Made by a program: the position numbers and the translations under genes. From Negaprion brevirostris (lineage: Eukaryota): 64,000 nt of DNA. The stretch is from assembly GCA_030324005.1 (NCBI GenBank), contig JARDVH010000073.1:84009376-84073375 (forward strand), given 5' to 3'. Every line of letters begins with the position of its first letter. Position 1 is the stretch's first letter. The notes under the pieces were generated by a model that saw only the letters and a program-made list of their open reading frames with translations, was not told the DNA's origin and searched no databases. Shown here piece by piece: positions 28,102 through 42,007 of the stretch.

Positions 28102-30092
28102 CTGAAAATGATGACAAAGACGTAACTTTCAAACATGCAGTTTTATGATCAATCTTCAAAACAAATGCAGATATTTAATATGAAGTGTTTCACATCCAAC
28201 ATTAAATCAGCTAAGGCAATAGTCAATCTTGGGATTCTCTGGTGTCCCCATGATGCCTTTCTCGCAGCAGGAGGCAGCATGCCACTGGTCTGGAAGATCC
28301 CATTGGTATTGGTCCCTCCACCAATGGGAAAAGTTTTTTCCTGTCTACTCTATCTGTACCCCTCATACATCGCAGTCATGTCCCCCCCTCAGTCTCCAAA
28401 AACTTACAGTATAAATAACTTGTTCACAGTTTAAGCATCTAATAGCCATCTTTAATTTACCCATATACTGAAGAAGGACATGCAAAAAACTTTACTTGAA
28501 CATCTAAATTCTCACCAATTAATACAATAACCAAATTAGTCAGTTGAAATGATCCCTTGTAGTCACAATCATGATAAAACTGAACTAAGGATTTTTACTT
28601 TAAGAAGGTGTCTTGATGATAAATTTTTCCCTCTGGAGCACACATCAAGCAGTTGGCAGGGGCATTTTATGCAGCCATCTGTGTTTAATGAGCACATGCA
28701 TATAAAGGGGGTCTGGGGAAGGAGAATCTAGAGACTGTTTGATTGGGCCAAGACTGAATTCAGGTCTGGAGAAGCTGAGATAGAAGGTTGGAGGGCGCTG
28801 GTGAAGGGAGGGATATTCNNNNNNNNNNTCACAAAAATCACTATTGAAAAAGAAAATCCTTTGGAACTGTTACCCACAGGTCACTTTAATGAACCTTTGC
28901 ACGTTAAATATTTTAATGGTCTGGATTTTGCAGTGGTGAAGTTGTGGAACTTGCACTGATTTGAAAGAAAGCTGCCCACAAAGATCTGGGCCTGAATTTT
29001 AAATCAGTCTGGCATGTACACTCAGCACATCCAGAAGTGGGCACAAAACGCTGTGGTCAGCACTGAAATTTTAATTCACATTGGCTGGCCAAGTAAAGAT
29101 CAGCCGGCATGAAACAAATACAAGGAAAGGCTCAGTGTTGTTGGGGAGAGCAGGAAAGGGCAGTATCTGAGTAAAAAGAAAATGCAGGCATACATCTCTA
29201 ACATGCTCCCACCAACTTTTGGTGTGATTTCACACACTTCTGAGTTGGGAGCACACCTGCCTGAATAAAGTAAAATTCTGGCCCTAGAGATTCATCTGGC
29301 ACAGATTTCCCCTTTACCAAAGGCAGTTTAAATTTCGCAAGTCAACTGAACTGCAGTAATGTCAACAAGAAGATTAAATATGAATCATATTGAAGCATTT
29401 CCACAAACAGCAAACTAGGAAGTTAAAAGCATTGAACCAGATTATTATTAACATAAAATTTCAGATTGCAAAATAATTGGATTAAGATAGAAGTTAAAAT
29501 AAAGATAAACTTTTTAAAAAACAAAAAACTTTAGCATAATGGAGAAATTTGACATTTCACAAAAATAAAGTTAGTTCTTCAAGGTCAACAATGGTGTTCT
29601 GCTAAATGTAACTTTGTCAAGAGTTAGAGTGTTAAGAGTGAAAGTTGATTTCAGTTCAAAGATTTCCCATTGAATGCAGGTCCACCAAGCAATACTGCAT
29701 CCTCTGGAGAAACATATAAGCACTGACAGTAACTCCCAGATTTTGGGAATACTCTACACATTTGTGGACTCCTGAAGATCTGAACTGTTTCAGTGGAGTA
29801 ATGGTGGTCAATGCTGACAACAAGCTTCTCATTGGTTTCTATAAAATGCATTAGTCATCCATTTCAACACGTCTAAAAACCCTGTCAAGGGAGCTTCAGG
29901 CAGCTAATGGACAAGCAATCTTTTTCTCCAATCTTTCATTGCTAATTACCCATTTTCCAATGTGAATAGGACAGGACGTGATTGAAAATTTCTGTCTCTC
30001 ATGATATTATGATTAAGGTCCTGCAATGTAAACTGATAATCTGTATAGTATAGATAACCCTCATAGACTTTTATTTCTATCTTCTGACATAT

Positions 30093-30414
30093 GGGGACAT
30101 GGTGGCACAGTGGTTAGCACTGCTGCCTCACAGTGCCTGGGACCAGAGTTCAATTCTGGCCTCAGGTCACTGTGTGTGTAGAGTTTGCTCATTCTCCCTG
30201 TGTCTGCATGGGTTTCCTCAGGGTGCTCCAGTTTCTTCCCACATTCCAAAGATGTGTGGGTTAGGTTGATTGGCTATGCCACATTTCCCCTTAGTGTCAG
30301 GGGGATGAGCAGGGTAAATATGTGGAATTACATGAATAGAGTTTGGGTGGAATTGTTGTCAGTGCAGACTTGATGGGCTGATTGGCCTCCTTCTGCACTG
30401 TAGATTTTCTATGA
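30093..30414 (+). mobile_element. Full-length HE1/V-SINE with CR1-type tail
   Basis: A and B boxes, V core, and tail gcactgtagattttctatgat. Confidence 0.92.
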
Positions 30415-30879
30415 TATTTTCACCCCTCCCTAAAAGATTGTTCATGTTAATTATTTATACTTAAAAACATAATCATGTTAGAAACAGCATCTAATTGAAC
30501 AATTGTCCATCATACTGGAACATTGGATCACAAGTATGAATAAATGGTTAAACATCATGATATCAATCAGTGAAGAAAGTAAACAGCGTTTATCAAAAAT
30601 TAAAACCAAAGCAGGCAACTTAGGAGTAATAGTATTGGAATGACTATTCCTTTTACTGGACTTACTGCTAGCTGGAATGGCAACCGGGAAATGAATTGAA
30701 GGACCCAGAAGAAAAGATTCCTAAATCAACATACTAAAGGGAAATGGACTTCCCTCCCAACTAAGAGTGAGCTGAAAACTGATGGGCAGAGTCCTACAAT
30801 GAAAACTAAAATTACTCAACTAAGCCAGAAAAATGGTCTCTTTACTACAAGTAGTTTTCTAATAAATTTCGGAGATAAA

Positions 30880-31012
30880 GGCCGGATTCTCCAATCTCCT
30901 ATGCAGTGGGATTCTCCTATCCTGCTGTAATGAAAAGCGATTTGGCTGAGCACCACATTCTCCATTCTTGCTGGCAGCGGAGGCAGGACATGAAAATCTG
31001 GAGATTTCCAGC
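30880..31012 (+). mobile_element. Second MITE subfamily with related termini; homologues at about 40997, 45284 and 48008
   Basis: gccggattctcc...ggagatttccagcc termini; shared internal gatttggctgag..ttctccattcttgctggcagc. Confidence 0.65.
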
Positions 31013-31138
31013 CAAGATCTTCCTTTAGTTTGTTGTACAAGAGCAAGAGACGGTGAACATGTTTTAATTATCACTAGTGTTCCGTTGCATTAGAAATAAA
31101 TACTGGAAGATGAATTGGAAATTGCAGTGACTACTCAC

Positions 31139-31213
31139 CACATTCCTGAGGAACTAATTGCCACTTCTCCAGGTGAGTATTCTGCACCCATAAAATAACA
31201 AGGACAATCATTC
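31139..31213 (-). CDS. otog: otogelin exon (75 nt), E2 start: NDCPCYFMGAEYSPGEVAISSSGM(W)
   Basis: Acceptor ttttgcag, donor gtgagt; phase 2 to 2; CPC.F.G.EY.PG motif. Confidence 0.92.
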
Positions 31214-33864
31214 CTGCAAAAGTCAATTACATCATTTCAAATCTTATTTCTACAATACATTCACTAAATTCATGTATGTATGCTATGGGGAAATTGTATG
31301 GATTAAACATAGCACTTCAAATTACAATCAAAAATCAGTTTTGAAATGTGAATAGAAAAGCAATGGTCCCAAGGCAGATGAGATTTTTGCTTAAGCTATA
31401 CTTAAAGTGAGCATCCTTTTACCAGATACATTTTATATCATAACATGTAACTTGTATTATGCTGAGAAGTGCTGATTATCAAGGCATATGTTAAAGTAAA
31501 TATTTATCTTATAGATTCTAAATCTCTTTTAAGAGGGGCCCACAAAACAGATTAATATTCATAGTTCAGCTATATGTACACATTAATATATTTATAGTCA
31601 ACTTTGTTAAATGTGTGGTCTATAATTGGAAGTGCTAGTTGCTCTATTGTGACAAAGCCTACAAATTTCTAAATCAGCGTGAAAATTGTAGTGTTGGCTA
31701 ATGCCTCACTTTGATAATGAAAATCTCAGAAGTGGTAACTATGGCTTTTGAACAAATTTGAATGTTAAAAGCCTTCGCCAGCCTTGGAAATTACCTATTC
31801 CCAATTATCACTGGCTTCTCTCCTCTTCTGTTTTTCTTGAGACATCCATAACCATTAATTGAACTAAACAACAGTTTAACATAAATTAATAGTTTACACA
31901 CTCACAATAAAGGCAACCAGAACATATTTTTCAATGAGAGAATCTTTTGGTAGTCATTAAAAAACGCAAGAAGAGATTTTGGTGAAGNNNNNNNNNNNNN
32001 NNNNNNNNNNNNNNNNNNNNNNNNNNTCACTGGCTAGGCCAGCATTTATTGCCCAACCCGAACTGCCCTTGAGAAGGTGTGGTGAACTGCATTCTTGAAC
32101 CGCTATGGTGCATGTGGCATTGGTACATACACAGTATTGTTCAGGAGTTCCAGCATTTTGACCCACTTTACCACAACATTGCCAGGAGAAGGCAATCAAG
32201 AGCCAGCAAGGGTGGGGGAGGCATTGTTGGGTGGCCAATTCAGGTCAGCAGATGGCCAGCAGCTTCAGATCTTCGTGGTGTAGCTGAGAAAGGTGACCAG
32301 TGCTGAGGCCAAAAAAAGAATGCAGAGGTACCTCCATTTTGAGTCACCCCAGAAGGTTGAGCATTACATAAATTCATAGCTAGGCCTGGCAGGCTGGAGC
32401 CCAGAGAATGGAGCTAAAATCCCTCTAGTGAAAGAGTTGGGGCCGTCAGAGTGCCATTCACTGCTGGCAGCCCACTTTGTGCAGCATGAGACCCAGTTCT
32501 AAGGCTCAAGCCCTTGGAATCCACTGTGAGCTATGGGTTGGCTGCCCTGCCAATGGTAAAATGCCAATAGTTTGGGAAAATTGTCCTTAATTGGGCCATT
32601 AGTCACTTAAATTAGCTGCCTGTTGAAGAGAGATGGGCAACTAACCCATTGCCATTTCCATTGCTGAGAAATTTCCCAGTGGTAGGCTATGTCTGGTAGT
32701 CATTTTAATGTAGCCCCATAGCATTCAGCCAATTGGGCAATGGGTAGAATTCTGCCCACAATCTCCACAAAACTTTTGGCAACAATCATATTCTATACAT
32801 CATGTAATTAAAGAATATCTTATCTTAAAGAAACCAGCAGCTGAATTTCCAGTTGGGAAGCTGAAGTACGTTCTTTTGGAAAAGAATGTGTCAGGGAATT
32901 ACTGGCTGTTTTGCTGCACGGTTTTGCAATATAAGACGGCTGCATTCCACAAACAGAATAATATAAAATTACAACTGGGAGTGCTCCCAAAAACTAGGAG
33001 TTTATTAACCCCATTAACTGCACTAAACAATCTGAAAGAATATAAAGCTGTGTAGGATTGTGAATATCAAAAATTGATTAATCAGCAGAGGAGTATCAAA
33101 GCTACAGTAACATAACACTATTGACAACTAGTTGACCCACTGGAAAGTAATGCCAAAGTGAACAGAGAAAGTTTCAAGTATCTTTTCTGTTTCAGTAATA
33201 TGTGCAAAACATTTACTTCAAATATAGCACAAAGGTTTTCAGCCATTATTGCATACAATCTAAGCACGAGTTGGGAATTAAGATATTCGGTTTAATGTTA
33301 TTTTTATTTTCAGGGAAGGAAACAGGGTCATTTACATATTTGAAGTTGTTGGATTAGTTTGCATCGAATGATACAACCTGGAAGAAGGCTATTCAGCCCA
33401 CCACGTTAGTGTCAACCAACTAAATACAGCCTTAAAAAGCTCAAATATTAAAGTGATTGAGACAAATTATCTCATGGACCTCCATAAAATATCAATGACC
33501 ATCATTTGATCTTGGATGTTCCTCAAACATCCTTCGGTAAATGTCATATACTCCCCTCATGGGTGCAACTGGCCTATCTGCAGNNNNNNNNNNNNNNNNN
33601 NNNNNNNNNNNNNNNNNNNNNNNNNNNNNNNNNNNNNNNNNNNNNNNNNNNNNNNNNNNNNNNNNNNNNNNNNNNNNNNNNNNNNNNNNNNNNCAATCAG
33701 CGCAGTGGGCTCAGAAAATCCCGCCGGCATGAACAGTCAGAAAATTCCACCCTATAACTTTGAATTGTATTGCTTAAATTATATAATCACATGCAACAGT
33801 TAAATTGTCCAAAAGGGCATTTCAACAAGCAATCCTCTTCTGATTCATAAATGTTGTCACTTAC

Positions 33865-34030
33865 TTCTTCACGCACGTGTGTGTTCTGGTGTTGTAAAAT
33901 GTACCGTCAGGGCAGTTGCATCCTTCAGCACATTCACCAGAACATTCTTCTGGCGTAGATATTGACTCGCAGGTCTGATTACAGAATGATACACAAGTGC
34001 CATACTTCATTGTGTCTGGGCACTGAGTGG
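33865..34030 (-). CDS. otog: otogelin exon (166 nt), TIL2: ATQCPDTMKYGTCVSFCNQTCESISTPEECSGECAEGCNCPDGTFYNTRTHTCVK(K)
   Basis: Acceptor ctctacag, donor gtaagt; phase 1 to 2; TIL pattern with EGCNCP. Confidence 0.93.
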
Positions 34031-35210
34031 CTGTAGAGATTAAACATATGCATGAAGGGTATTATTTATCAGGGAAAATTCAGGATATTTTCAGTTAGCC
34101 ATTAGAAATTTATTGTTTCAGGAAACATGGATGATGCCGTTATTGGAATATTTGAGAACTGCAATGTATCATTTTAGGTTCAATCTATACAACGGAGTAA
34201 ATGATAACAAGCAGAAACTAGGGATAGAATTTTAAAATCAGGGCTGGGAACTTGACTCGAGTAATTTTTGGGTCCTGGCCCTGCACCATAATTGTATCGC
34301 CGGGAGACAGGAGCTGCTTGCTAAGCATGAATGGCAAAGACAAACTGCAGACATGATGGAGCCCGACACAGTCTTGCAGAAGAGAGCAGACCTTGGCAAA
34401 CCAAAAGCCTTACCGAATTAAAAAGTGACCAAATGGCTCAACGCAAGATAAAGCACAAGATCCTCCAACTCCTGAAATTTTTCAGCATTAGTAAAAACTT
34501 TAACTTCTGTCCACTTTGAACCCAAAAGCTGTAAATTAAGTTGCAACAGACTGTTCATGTTTGGAGATTTCAGCTTTGGAACTTATATTCTTACGCTCCA
34601 CAAGTTCCTTGAGAAGCTTACTGGGCCAATTAGTGGCAAGTAGATTCCTTGATTGCTCCCTCCCTCTCTCCCTTTGGAAATTGCGTTGTGTTGGCAATAA
34701 GGTCAATTTTTAAATCATACCCTCACCCCTTCCTGATGCTATCAGCTATTGAAAATCCAGACCTGTGTTTCTCCAAAGGAAAATAGAAAAGATACAGGAA
34801 CCTAGATAATTAGTCATAGTCTATGAATGACCTCAGTCATTTAACTGAGAGAAATAATTGATTATTTAGCTTGAGGGACATGACTCCACATCAACCAGTG
34901 GGTAGGGCAAGAAGGCAGTTCTCAAGTCTCCCTCAGCTGGAACAGGAATCGAAACTATGTTGTTGGTATTATTCTAAGACACACTGTAGTCATCTACCCA
35001 ACTGAATTAACACTCTCGTCTTTTTTTCAGGTCTGAAGAAAATAATCACAGATTTTTATGTTTTTATAAACCCAAAAACAAAATTACTCATTCTGAATAA
35101 TAGCACCCAGATGATTAGTTTACAGGCACCCTGATATATCATGGATTGAAAGGCTTTCTCATATCTCACTATTTCCATGTTGCTTAATTTTACTCATACT
35201 ATACATCACA

Positions 35211-35964
35211 TCATAGAATATCTACAGTACAGAAGGAGACCATTCAGCCTATCAGGTTAACAACCTCAGGCTAAAGGGACGATCCTTTAAAACAGAAATG
35301 AGGAGGAATTTCTTCAGCCAGAGAGTGGTGAATCTGNNNNNNNNNNNNNNNNNNNNNNNNNNNNNNNNNNNNNNNNNNNNNNNNNNNNNNNNNNNNNNNN
35401 NNNNNNNNNNNNNNNNNNNNNNNNNNNNNNNNNNNNGACGATCCTTTAAAACAGAAATGAGGAGGAATTTCTTCAGCCAGAGAGTGGTGAATCTGTGGAA
35501 CTCTTTGCCACAGGAGGCTGTGGAGGCCAGGCCATTGAGTGTCTTTAAGACAGAGACAGATAGGTCCTTGATTAATAAGGATTATGGGAAAGGCAGGAGA
35601 ATGGGGATGAGAAAAATATCAGCTTTGATTGAATGGCAGAGCAGACTTGATGGGCCAAATGGCCTAATTCTGCTCTTATACCTTATGATCTTATGTACTG
35701 ACCAACTATTCCACCCAGGCCCTATTCCCACAACCCCATGCATTTACTCTGCTAATCCCACAGACACTCGGGTCAATTTAGTGTGGTCAATCAACCTAAC
35801 CCGCATAGCTTTGGATTTGGGAGGAAACTGGAGCACCCAGAGAAAACATGGGGAGAACGTGCAAACTCCACACAAACAATGACCTGAGGCCGGAATTGAA
35901 TCTGGGATCCTGGCACTGTGAGGCACGGTGGCAGCAGTGCTAAACAGTATGCCTCTGTGCTGCC
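35211..35964 (-). mobile_element. HE1/V-SINE interrupted by a plus-strand CR1 3' fragment (about 35255-35695)
   Basis: SINE tail catagaatatctacag at 35212 and SINE body at 35700-35964, with MRRNFFSQRVVNLWNSLP CR1 sequence between them. Confidence 0.82.
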
Positions 35965-37211
35965 TTTTGATACATAAGTTTATTTGTTATATAAACTAAA
36001 TTTGTTACATATATTTTAAATTACCATTGTTAATAATTATAAATTCTACCAACGAGATTATTAGTTTAATCAATTCTAAAGAAGTATAAATTCTTTAGTC
36101 ATATAGTCACAATGGGCTGGACTTAATGCAACTCATTATTGTGGAAACATGGCCTCTGGTCCACTTAACAATGGGAATGGCAAACATCTCTGATTATATG
36201 GAGGCAGAAGGGGTTGACACAGAACTCCTGGTTGCCTGTAGCCAATGTCAAATTAATGAGTCAATTGATATCCATTATTCTTGAGCCCATTGCATGTTAA
36301 TGGTGGCTCAGGGATTAAGTAGTGAGCCACACAGCCTTCACACAACCTCAGAAAACCACCCAGAAAACTTTAAGAGAAAATGTTGGAAAATCTCAGCAGG
36401 TCTGGCAGCATTTGTAAGGAGAGAAGAGAGCTGAAGTTTGTCAAAGCTTTTACCCAGAAAACTTCATCAGATGTCAGCTTAAGGTTATGTCCCTCACAGT
36501 CAGGCGCTTTATGCCTGGTCAATGGACCCAGCATCGGGCAAGAAGTTGATTGCCAAAAGCTATGTCCTCCTATTACATCCAACCAACCTCCTCACCTGAG
36601 CTCCCATCTTCAACACCTCACACCTGGACTTTACTCACCTGTAGCCTAGGATTACGTGATGACCCTCGGCCTTTGATGAGTTCATTGCCACCAGCAACCA
36701 TCACTCTGGCTGATGTTTTGGCATGAGAGGCTACCAGCCTCTGATTGGCCCTCTGCTCTCTGCAGGCACCACCACCACTGGGGATCTCAGTCTTTTAATG
36801 CCTAAAAGGCAATTGATTCTGTGGGGCCTCCTCAGTGAACCTGGTGGAGGTTGCCTATCGGTTGGCTGACTATTGGGCAAGAACCCCATTAGCCAGCAAA
36901 ATCCTGGCTAAATTTTCCTTTTTAATATTCTTTCAAAACGCAGTTACATTTTTGTGGTAAATCAGAATACGTGTCCCATGACCTAAGATAAGGTGACGTC
37001 CAGTTCTACTTTGAATTCGGTTCATAGAATATAATGCATGTTTTTCCCATCAAGAAATTTCATTCTATATAACCAATACAGACATAATGCTTCCAGCATC
37101 TGAGTTTGAACAGATATGTTTTGCTCCCCCTCCTTACATATATCATTACATTTCCTTATTAGACAAACAAAACATATTTTAAAAATATATGTGTTTTACA
37201 GAACGTATCAA

Positions 37212-37461
37212 GTAAGTTTAAGTTTAGTCACAAGTAAGGCTTACGTTGACATTGCAATGAAGTTACTGTGAAATTCTCCTAGTTGCTACATTTCAGCATC
37301 TGTTCGGGTCAATGCAGCTNNNNNNNNNNCCCGGAGGAAACCCACGCAGACACGGGGAGAATGTGCAAACTTCACACAGACAGTGACCCAAGTCAGGAAT
37401 CGAACCTAGGTCTCTGGAGCTATGAGGCAGCAGTGCTAACCACTGTGCCGCTATGCCACCC
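37212..37461 (-). mobile_element. V-SINE copy with alternative tail
   Basis: Head at 37380-37460; tail agtcacaagtaaggctta..gcaatgaagttactgtgaaa shared with 10510, 23330 and 26254. Confidence 0.82.
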
Positions 37462-37995
37462 TGTATTGGTTTAAAGAGATAACAGAATAATGTCACAACC
37501 TTCCTAGTTGATATCAGCCATTTCCTGGTAACTGTGCTTAAAAGACAGTAGTCCTACAATTTAGTGTGCCAGCTGAATCTGTTGGATACATTGTGAGTCA
37601 TCCATCATTAAAACAACCATTTTCTACTCTTGCTCAACTTCCCAATGTGCAAATAGTGGACCAAGTTCAATACTCAAGCATAAATAACATAGGTCAAGAT
37701 TTTCTGTTCAATCTGCCTCACGTTTTATGCCGATGAATGTGGCCCGCCATTGGTCAGCTGTGGGACCAGAAGTCAATGACATTTTCCATTGACTGCACCC
37801 CTCGCTGCCACGAAACCCATCACAGAGGGGTGCTGTCGGTGGGTTTAGAAGATTCTGCCAGCATGAATAGGTGGAAAGTTATAGCCATAGTGTCAGCTTT
37901 GCCTCAGATATGTAACAATTCAATTTTCTGCAGTGTTATATTTCATGAGAAAGTCTACAGTGCACCAGGCAACGCATTTTGGGACTTTAGAACAG

Positions 37996-38121
37996 TGGCT
38001 GGAATTTTCCCATCCTGCCCGCCATGGGAATCAAAGTGGGCGGGGGCAGACCACGCAAAGGTCCATTAACCTTGGGTGGGAATTTCCGGCCTTGGGGCAA
38101 GTGTGGCCGGAAAATCCCACC
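37996..38121 (+). mobile_element. About 125-bp MITE with GGC(T/G)GGAATTTTCC..GGAAAATCCCACC termini; homologues at about 20206, 41239, 43762, 45557, 62243 and 63371
   Basis: Inverted termini, plus an internal aaggtccat..acc motif shared among copies in both orientations. Confidence 0.75.
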
Positions 38122-38771
38122 AGTTGTGTTCCAGGATTAGGGCATGGATGGGATTGCTGTCGGTGTAGGCTGAATGGGCCGAAGGGCCTCCGACTGCTTT
38201 GTAGTGATTTAATGATACTATGGTTCTATGAAAATAGTCCAGATGATGAACATAGATGCAATTTTTCCATTCTTTCACATCTCAACCCTGGCATAAAGTT
38301 AGGGATAACACTTTCTGTCAACACTCTTGCTTCTTTGTCATATTATGAAGCTCTGCTCAGGGGGCAGTAACATGGCATAATCTACCCCAACTAGTTAGTT
38401 AGATATTCAAGTACTAGCTTAACTCCAAATGCATCTTGGTTTTGTTCTGTAATGAAGATATTAATATGCTGATTTTAAAGACTTATAAATTAGTGGGCAA
38501 AATCTTTTATTGTGAGATCACCTTAAATTTCTTGACAGTGCAGTGCAATAATTTTGAAGATCTGGTTAGTACTTTCAGGAGACAGTTATTAAGTGAGTGT
38601 CACCATTTAAGTTTAATGGGAGTCTAAGCCAGAATGATGAAATGATGTGGTGTACCCTGTATCTATATCACTTTCTCACCCCTATACCTATATTCATACT
38701 ATTTTTAAAATAGAACGATGTAACTGAGACCAGGTTTAGGCTGGATTTTGAGACACAAATTACCTATTGTT

Positions 38772-39082
38772 CATAGAATCCCTACAGTGCAGAAGGAGGC
38801 CATTCAGCCCATCAAGTTTGCATTGAATCTACGAGAGCATCCTGCCCTAACTTCACACATTTACCTCGCTAATTCCTCCTAATCTACATATCTGGGGACA
38901 CTAAGGACCAACTTACCATGGCCAATCCATCTAACCTGCACATATTTATACTGTGGGAAGAAATCGGAGCACCTGGAGGAAACCCACGCAAACATGTGCA
39001 AACTCCACACAGTCACCCAAGGCCGGAATCGAACCCACGTCCCTGGCACTGTGAGACTGAAGTGCTAACCACCATGCTGCCC
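38772..39082 (-). mobile_element. HE1/V-SINE with CR1-type tail
   Basis: catagaatccctacagtgcag tail and gtgctaaccac head. Confidence 0.88.
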
Positions 39083-41794
39083 TACACCGTTCTCAGCATT
39101 AACAAAAGGTACCATGGTAATAATAAGTGGACAGTGTATTCAGGCCAGAAGGAAAGAATTAAAGAGAGAAAAAAAAAAATGAGTAGTCCAATTAAAATGC
39201 AATTTGCACTACTCATGTTTAGTTCATTTTGAAGTCTGAATTTCAGAAGCTCAGTATTTAGCGTGCTCATTAAAATACACCAGAGAGAAAAGGCTGCCAT
39301 TTAATGACATGGCTGCTAAATTGCTGTAACCTCAAGAATGAGTGAAGTTGCGAGGGATAGATGAAAGGAAGGAAGTATGTTCAACCCATCTGTAAAAAGG
39401 AAAGACTGATTGATTTCATGCTATGTCTTATTTGTTACTGAAATGTAGATAAAAAGGTCTATCTTTTACAATGTAGTCAGATGCAATTCCTTAAATAGAC
39501 ATTTAGATCAGGCTAACAAATATGGAATAGTAATCAGGTCAAATCCTTTCCTATCTGTTCACTGCTGAACAAATCAGATAATTACAGTCATTGGAAATGG
39601 TGTATTATCATCCTGATGGTATGATTACCATTTTCATCTTGATGTGCATTCTACATTTATATAACATCGCTCAACAAAAAAGCTGAGCTGAAACGAGCCT
39701 CAGCTTAGTTCGTGGTGCTTTGCCCTCTGAGCCAGAAAGTANNNNNNNNNNGTTCCATTCCAGAAAACTGAGTATAAAAATTTGGCCAACGTTCTGGTTC
39801 AATGTTGCAAGTATGCCAAGCCATCTCTCAGGTGAGAGATTAACCTGAGGATCCCTCAAACCTGGGGAAGATCTTACAGTTCTTCTTCCAGGGGAAGCGA
39901 TGACATATCACTGCACAAGTAATCTAGTAGACTGACTATTAAACCATTTTCTGAGCACCTTCAGTGTAGCACATCCCAAGGTGGTCGACAAGAGTGTTAC
40001 CAAACAATGCTCGATACTGAGTCACATAGGAGCTATTGGGGCAGATGGGGGAGGTTTTGAAGACTACCTTAAATGGGGAAAGATGGGTAGAGAGGTCAAA
40101 AGTGCTGACCACTGTTCCACTGTGATGCTGAAGATACTCTATCAGAGAATCAGTGCGGACACAATGGCCTCTTCTGCACTGTCGGGATTCCATGATGTTT
40201 AATTGGCTGTCAAGTGCTTTGAGACCTCCTGTGTTCATGCAAGGTGCTCTGAGTTCCAGTTCAGCAGGTTTGGGGATTTGAGTAAGGGCATTACCCACAA
40301 TTACGCTGATGTAAATCCTTGGAGGAGGGTTGTGGGGGGTGGGGGGGAGGAGAGTAGGATTGGCAGCAGTCACTCCTTGTGTTGTGAAGCCAGAAAGAAC
40401 AGTGTGCCTCTTCTGGCCTTACAGAAGGGAAGATCATAAATTTTCCTCACCATTTCTTCAATATTCTTCAGTAATTCCATACTGGTTACACTGCTGTAGA
40501 ACTGGAAAGACTGACATGTGCAACACATGCTCCATCTCGTTTCTTACAAATTTTGCAGAAGGGGACTTGAACAGGAGTGGGACTCTGCTTTATATCACCT
40601 GATCCACGAGTGTTTTCAAGCAACGGCCAACGAGGCATAAAAACAGCAAGAGCCATTGTGGCAGTGGTCATGCCTCTGGCATGGTTTGGCCCAAAGACTT
40701 CATGCTAGGAACTTGGTATTCATTGCACTAGCATATGTCCAGAAAAATGGTTAGAGTACATATCTGTCACATCTTTCGAGAATGTCCCATTTGCACACAG
40801 AATTGTTCTTGTTTACGACATTGTCAGATGGGTAACAGATCAAACTTTTTTTTTGGAGTACATACACATGGAAAGAGGATTGATTTTCAGAACAGTAAAA
40901 TGAACAAGACAGCTTAACGCACACTAATGAAGCAGATTTCAAGTCAGCTGAAATCCTGCCGAATATTGAAATATTTCCATGTTTCAGAGCAGGAAAGGGG
41001 TGCGATCTTGCCGGCCATTCATGCCCTGCTATTGCTGCAAGGGAGGACGGAGAATTTGGCACTCAGCCATGTCTCCATTCACTGCAGCAGGAGCAGAAAA
41101 TCCCGCTGTCGTGTACAGCCAGAAGACTCATTGCTTGCANNNNNNNNNNNNNNNNNNNNNNNNNNNNNNNNNNNNNNNNNNNNNNNNNNNNNNNNNNNNN
41201 NNNNNNNNNNNNNNNNNNNNNNNNNNNNNNNNNNNNNNNAAAGGTCCATTAACCTTGGGTTGGGTTTTCCGGCCTTAGGAGACTGCAGCCAGAAAATCCT
41301 GCCCATTATATCCTTTGATTTAAATATCTAATATTGAAATAATCGCCTTAACAAACACAACACTTTTTCAATAGTTTATAAGCCTCTCTTGTTCTTCCTA
41401 CAAAATCCCCTCTCTATCACGTATCAGATCTGTTAAAATGAAAATCATTACACCATATCCTATTCTTTCATTCTCTTCCATGATATCTACAATTGTACTT
41501 ATTTTGTTGCTCCTCTTAAATTTGGGTTTATAATTATTAGTTCCTGATTCACTCAAAGTTTCTTTATTGCACTTTTCACTCTCGTTGTTCTTTCTTAATT
41601 TAGCAAGTTGCAAATTTTAATCTAGAAAGAGAACAATTCTATCCAGTTATAAGAAAAAAAATTAAAACAATGGAACTTCTTCACTTACAAATGTGACAAT
41701 CCAAATGTTTCTGCTGTAAGTTGAAATTAGAGAAAATGTCCTGTTTGCTTAAAAGGTAAATGTGCATAGAAAATAGTAATGAAGTCTTACTTAC

Positions 41795-42007
41795 CACACT
41801 CTATGACAGTGGATCTGAAGTCTATGAAAATGCCATAACTTCTACATTGTCGAGCATAGTGGGCCACAGCAGAGCACATACATGTTTCTCCACACTTGCA
41901 GGTGTCTGTTTTGCATTGTTGTTGATACAGGTCAGGATTCAAATATTGATGGCATGATGCAAACAGATATCCACCAATAATGCTACACTTCTCTGTAGCA
42001 TATGAGG
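41795..42007 (-). CDS. otog: otogelin exon (213 nt), C8-2: ASYATEKCSIIGGYLFASCHQYLNPDLYQQQCKTDTCKCGETCMCSAVAHYARQCRSYGIFIDFRSTVIEC
   Basis: Acceptor ttctgcag, donor gtaagt; phase 1 to 1; C8 cysteine pattern with AHYA..C...G..IDFR. Confidence 0.95.

Noticed and set aside
30100-30165. tRNA-like sequence with A and B boxes
   Set aside because: It is a SINE head followed by the V core, not a tRNA gene.
35278-35495. Exact 59-bp direct repeat of CR1 sequence
   Set aside because: It flanks a 100-N placeholder gap, so it is most likely an unmerged contig overlap. The same pattern occurs at 861-992 and 62558-62735.
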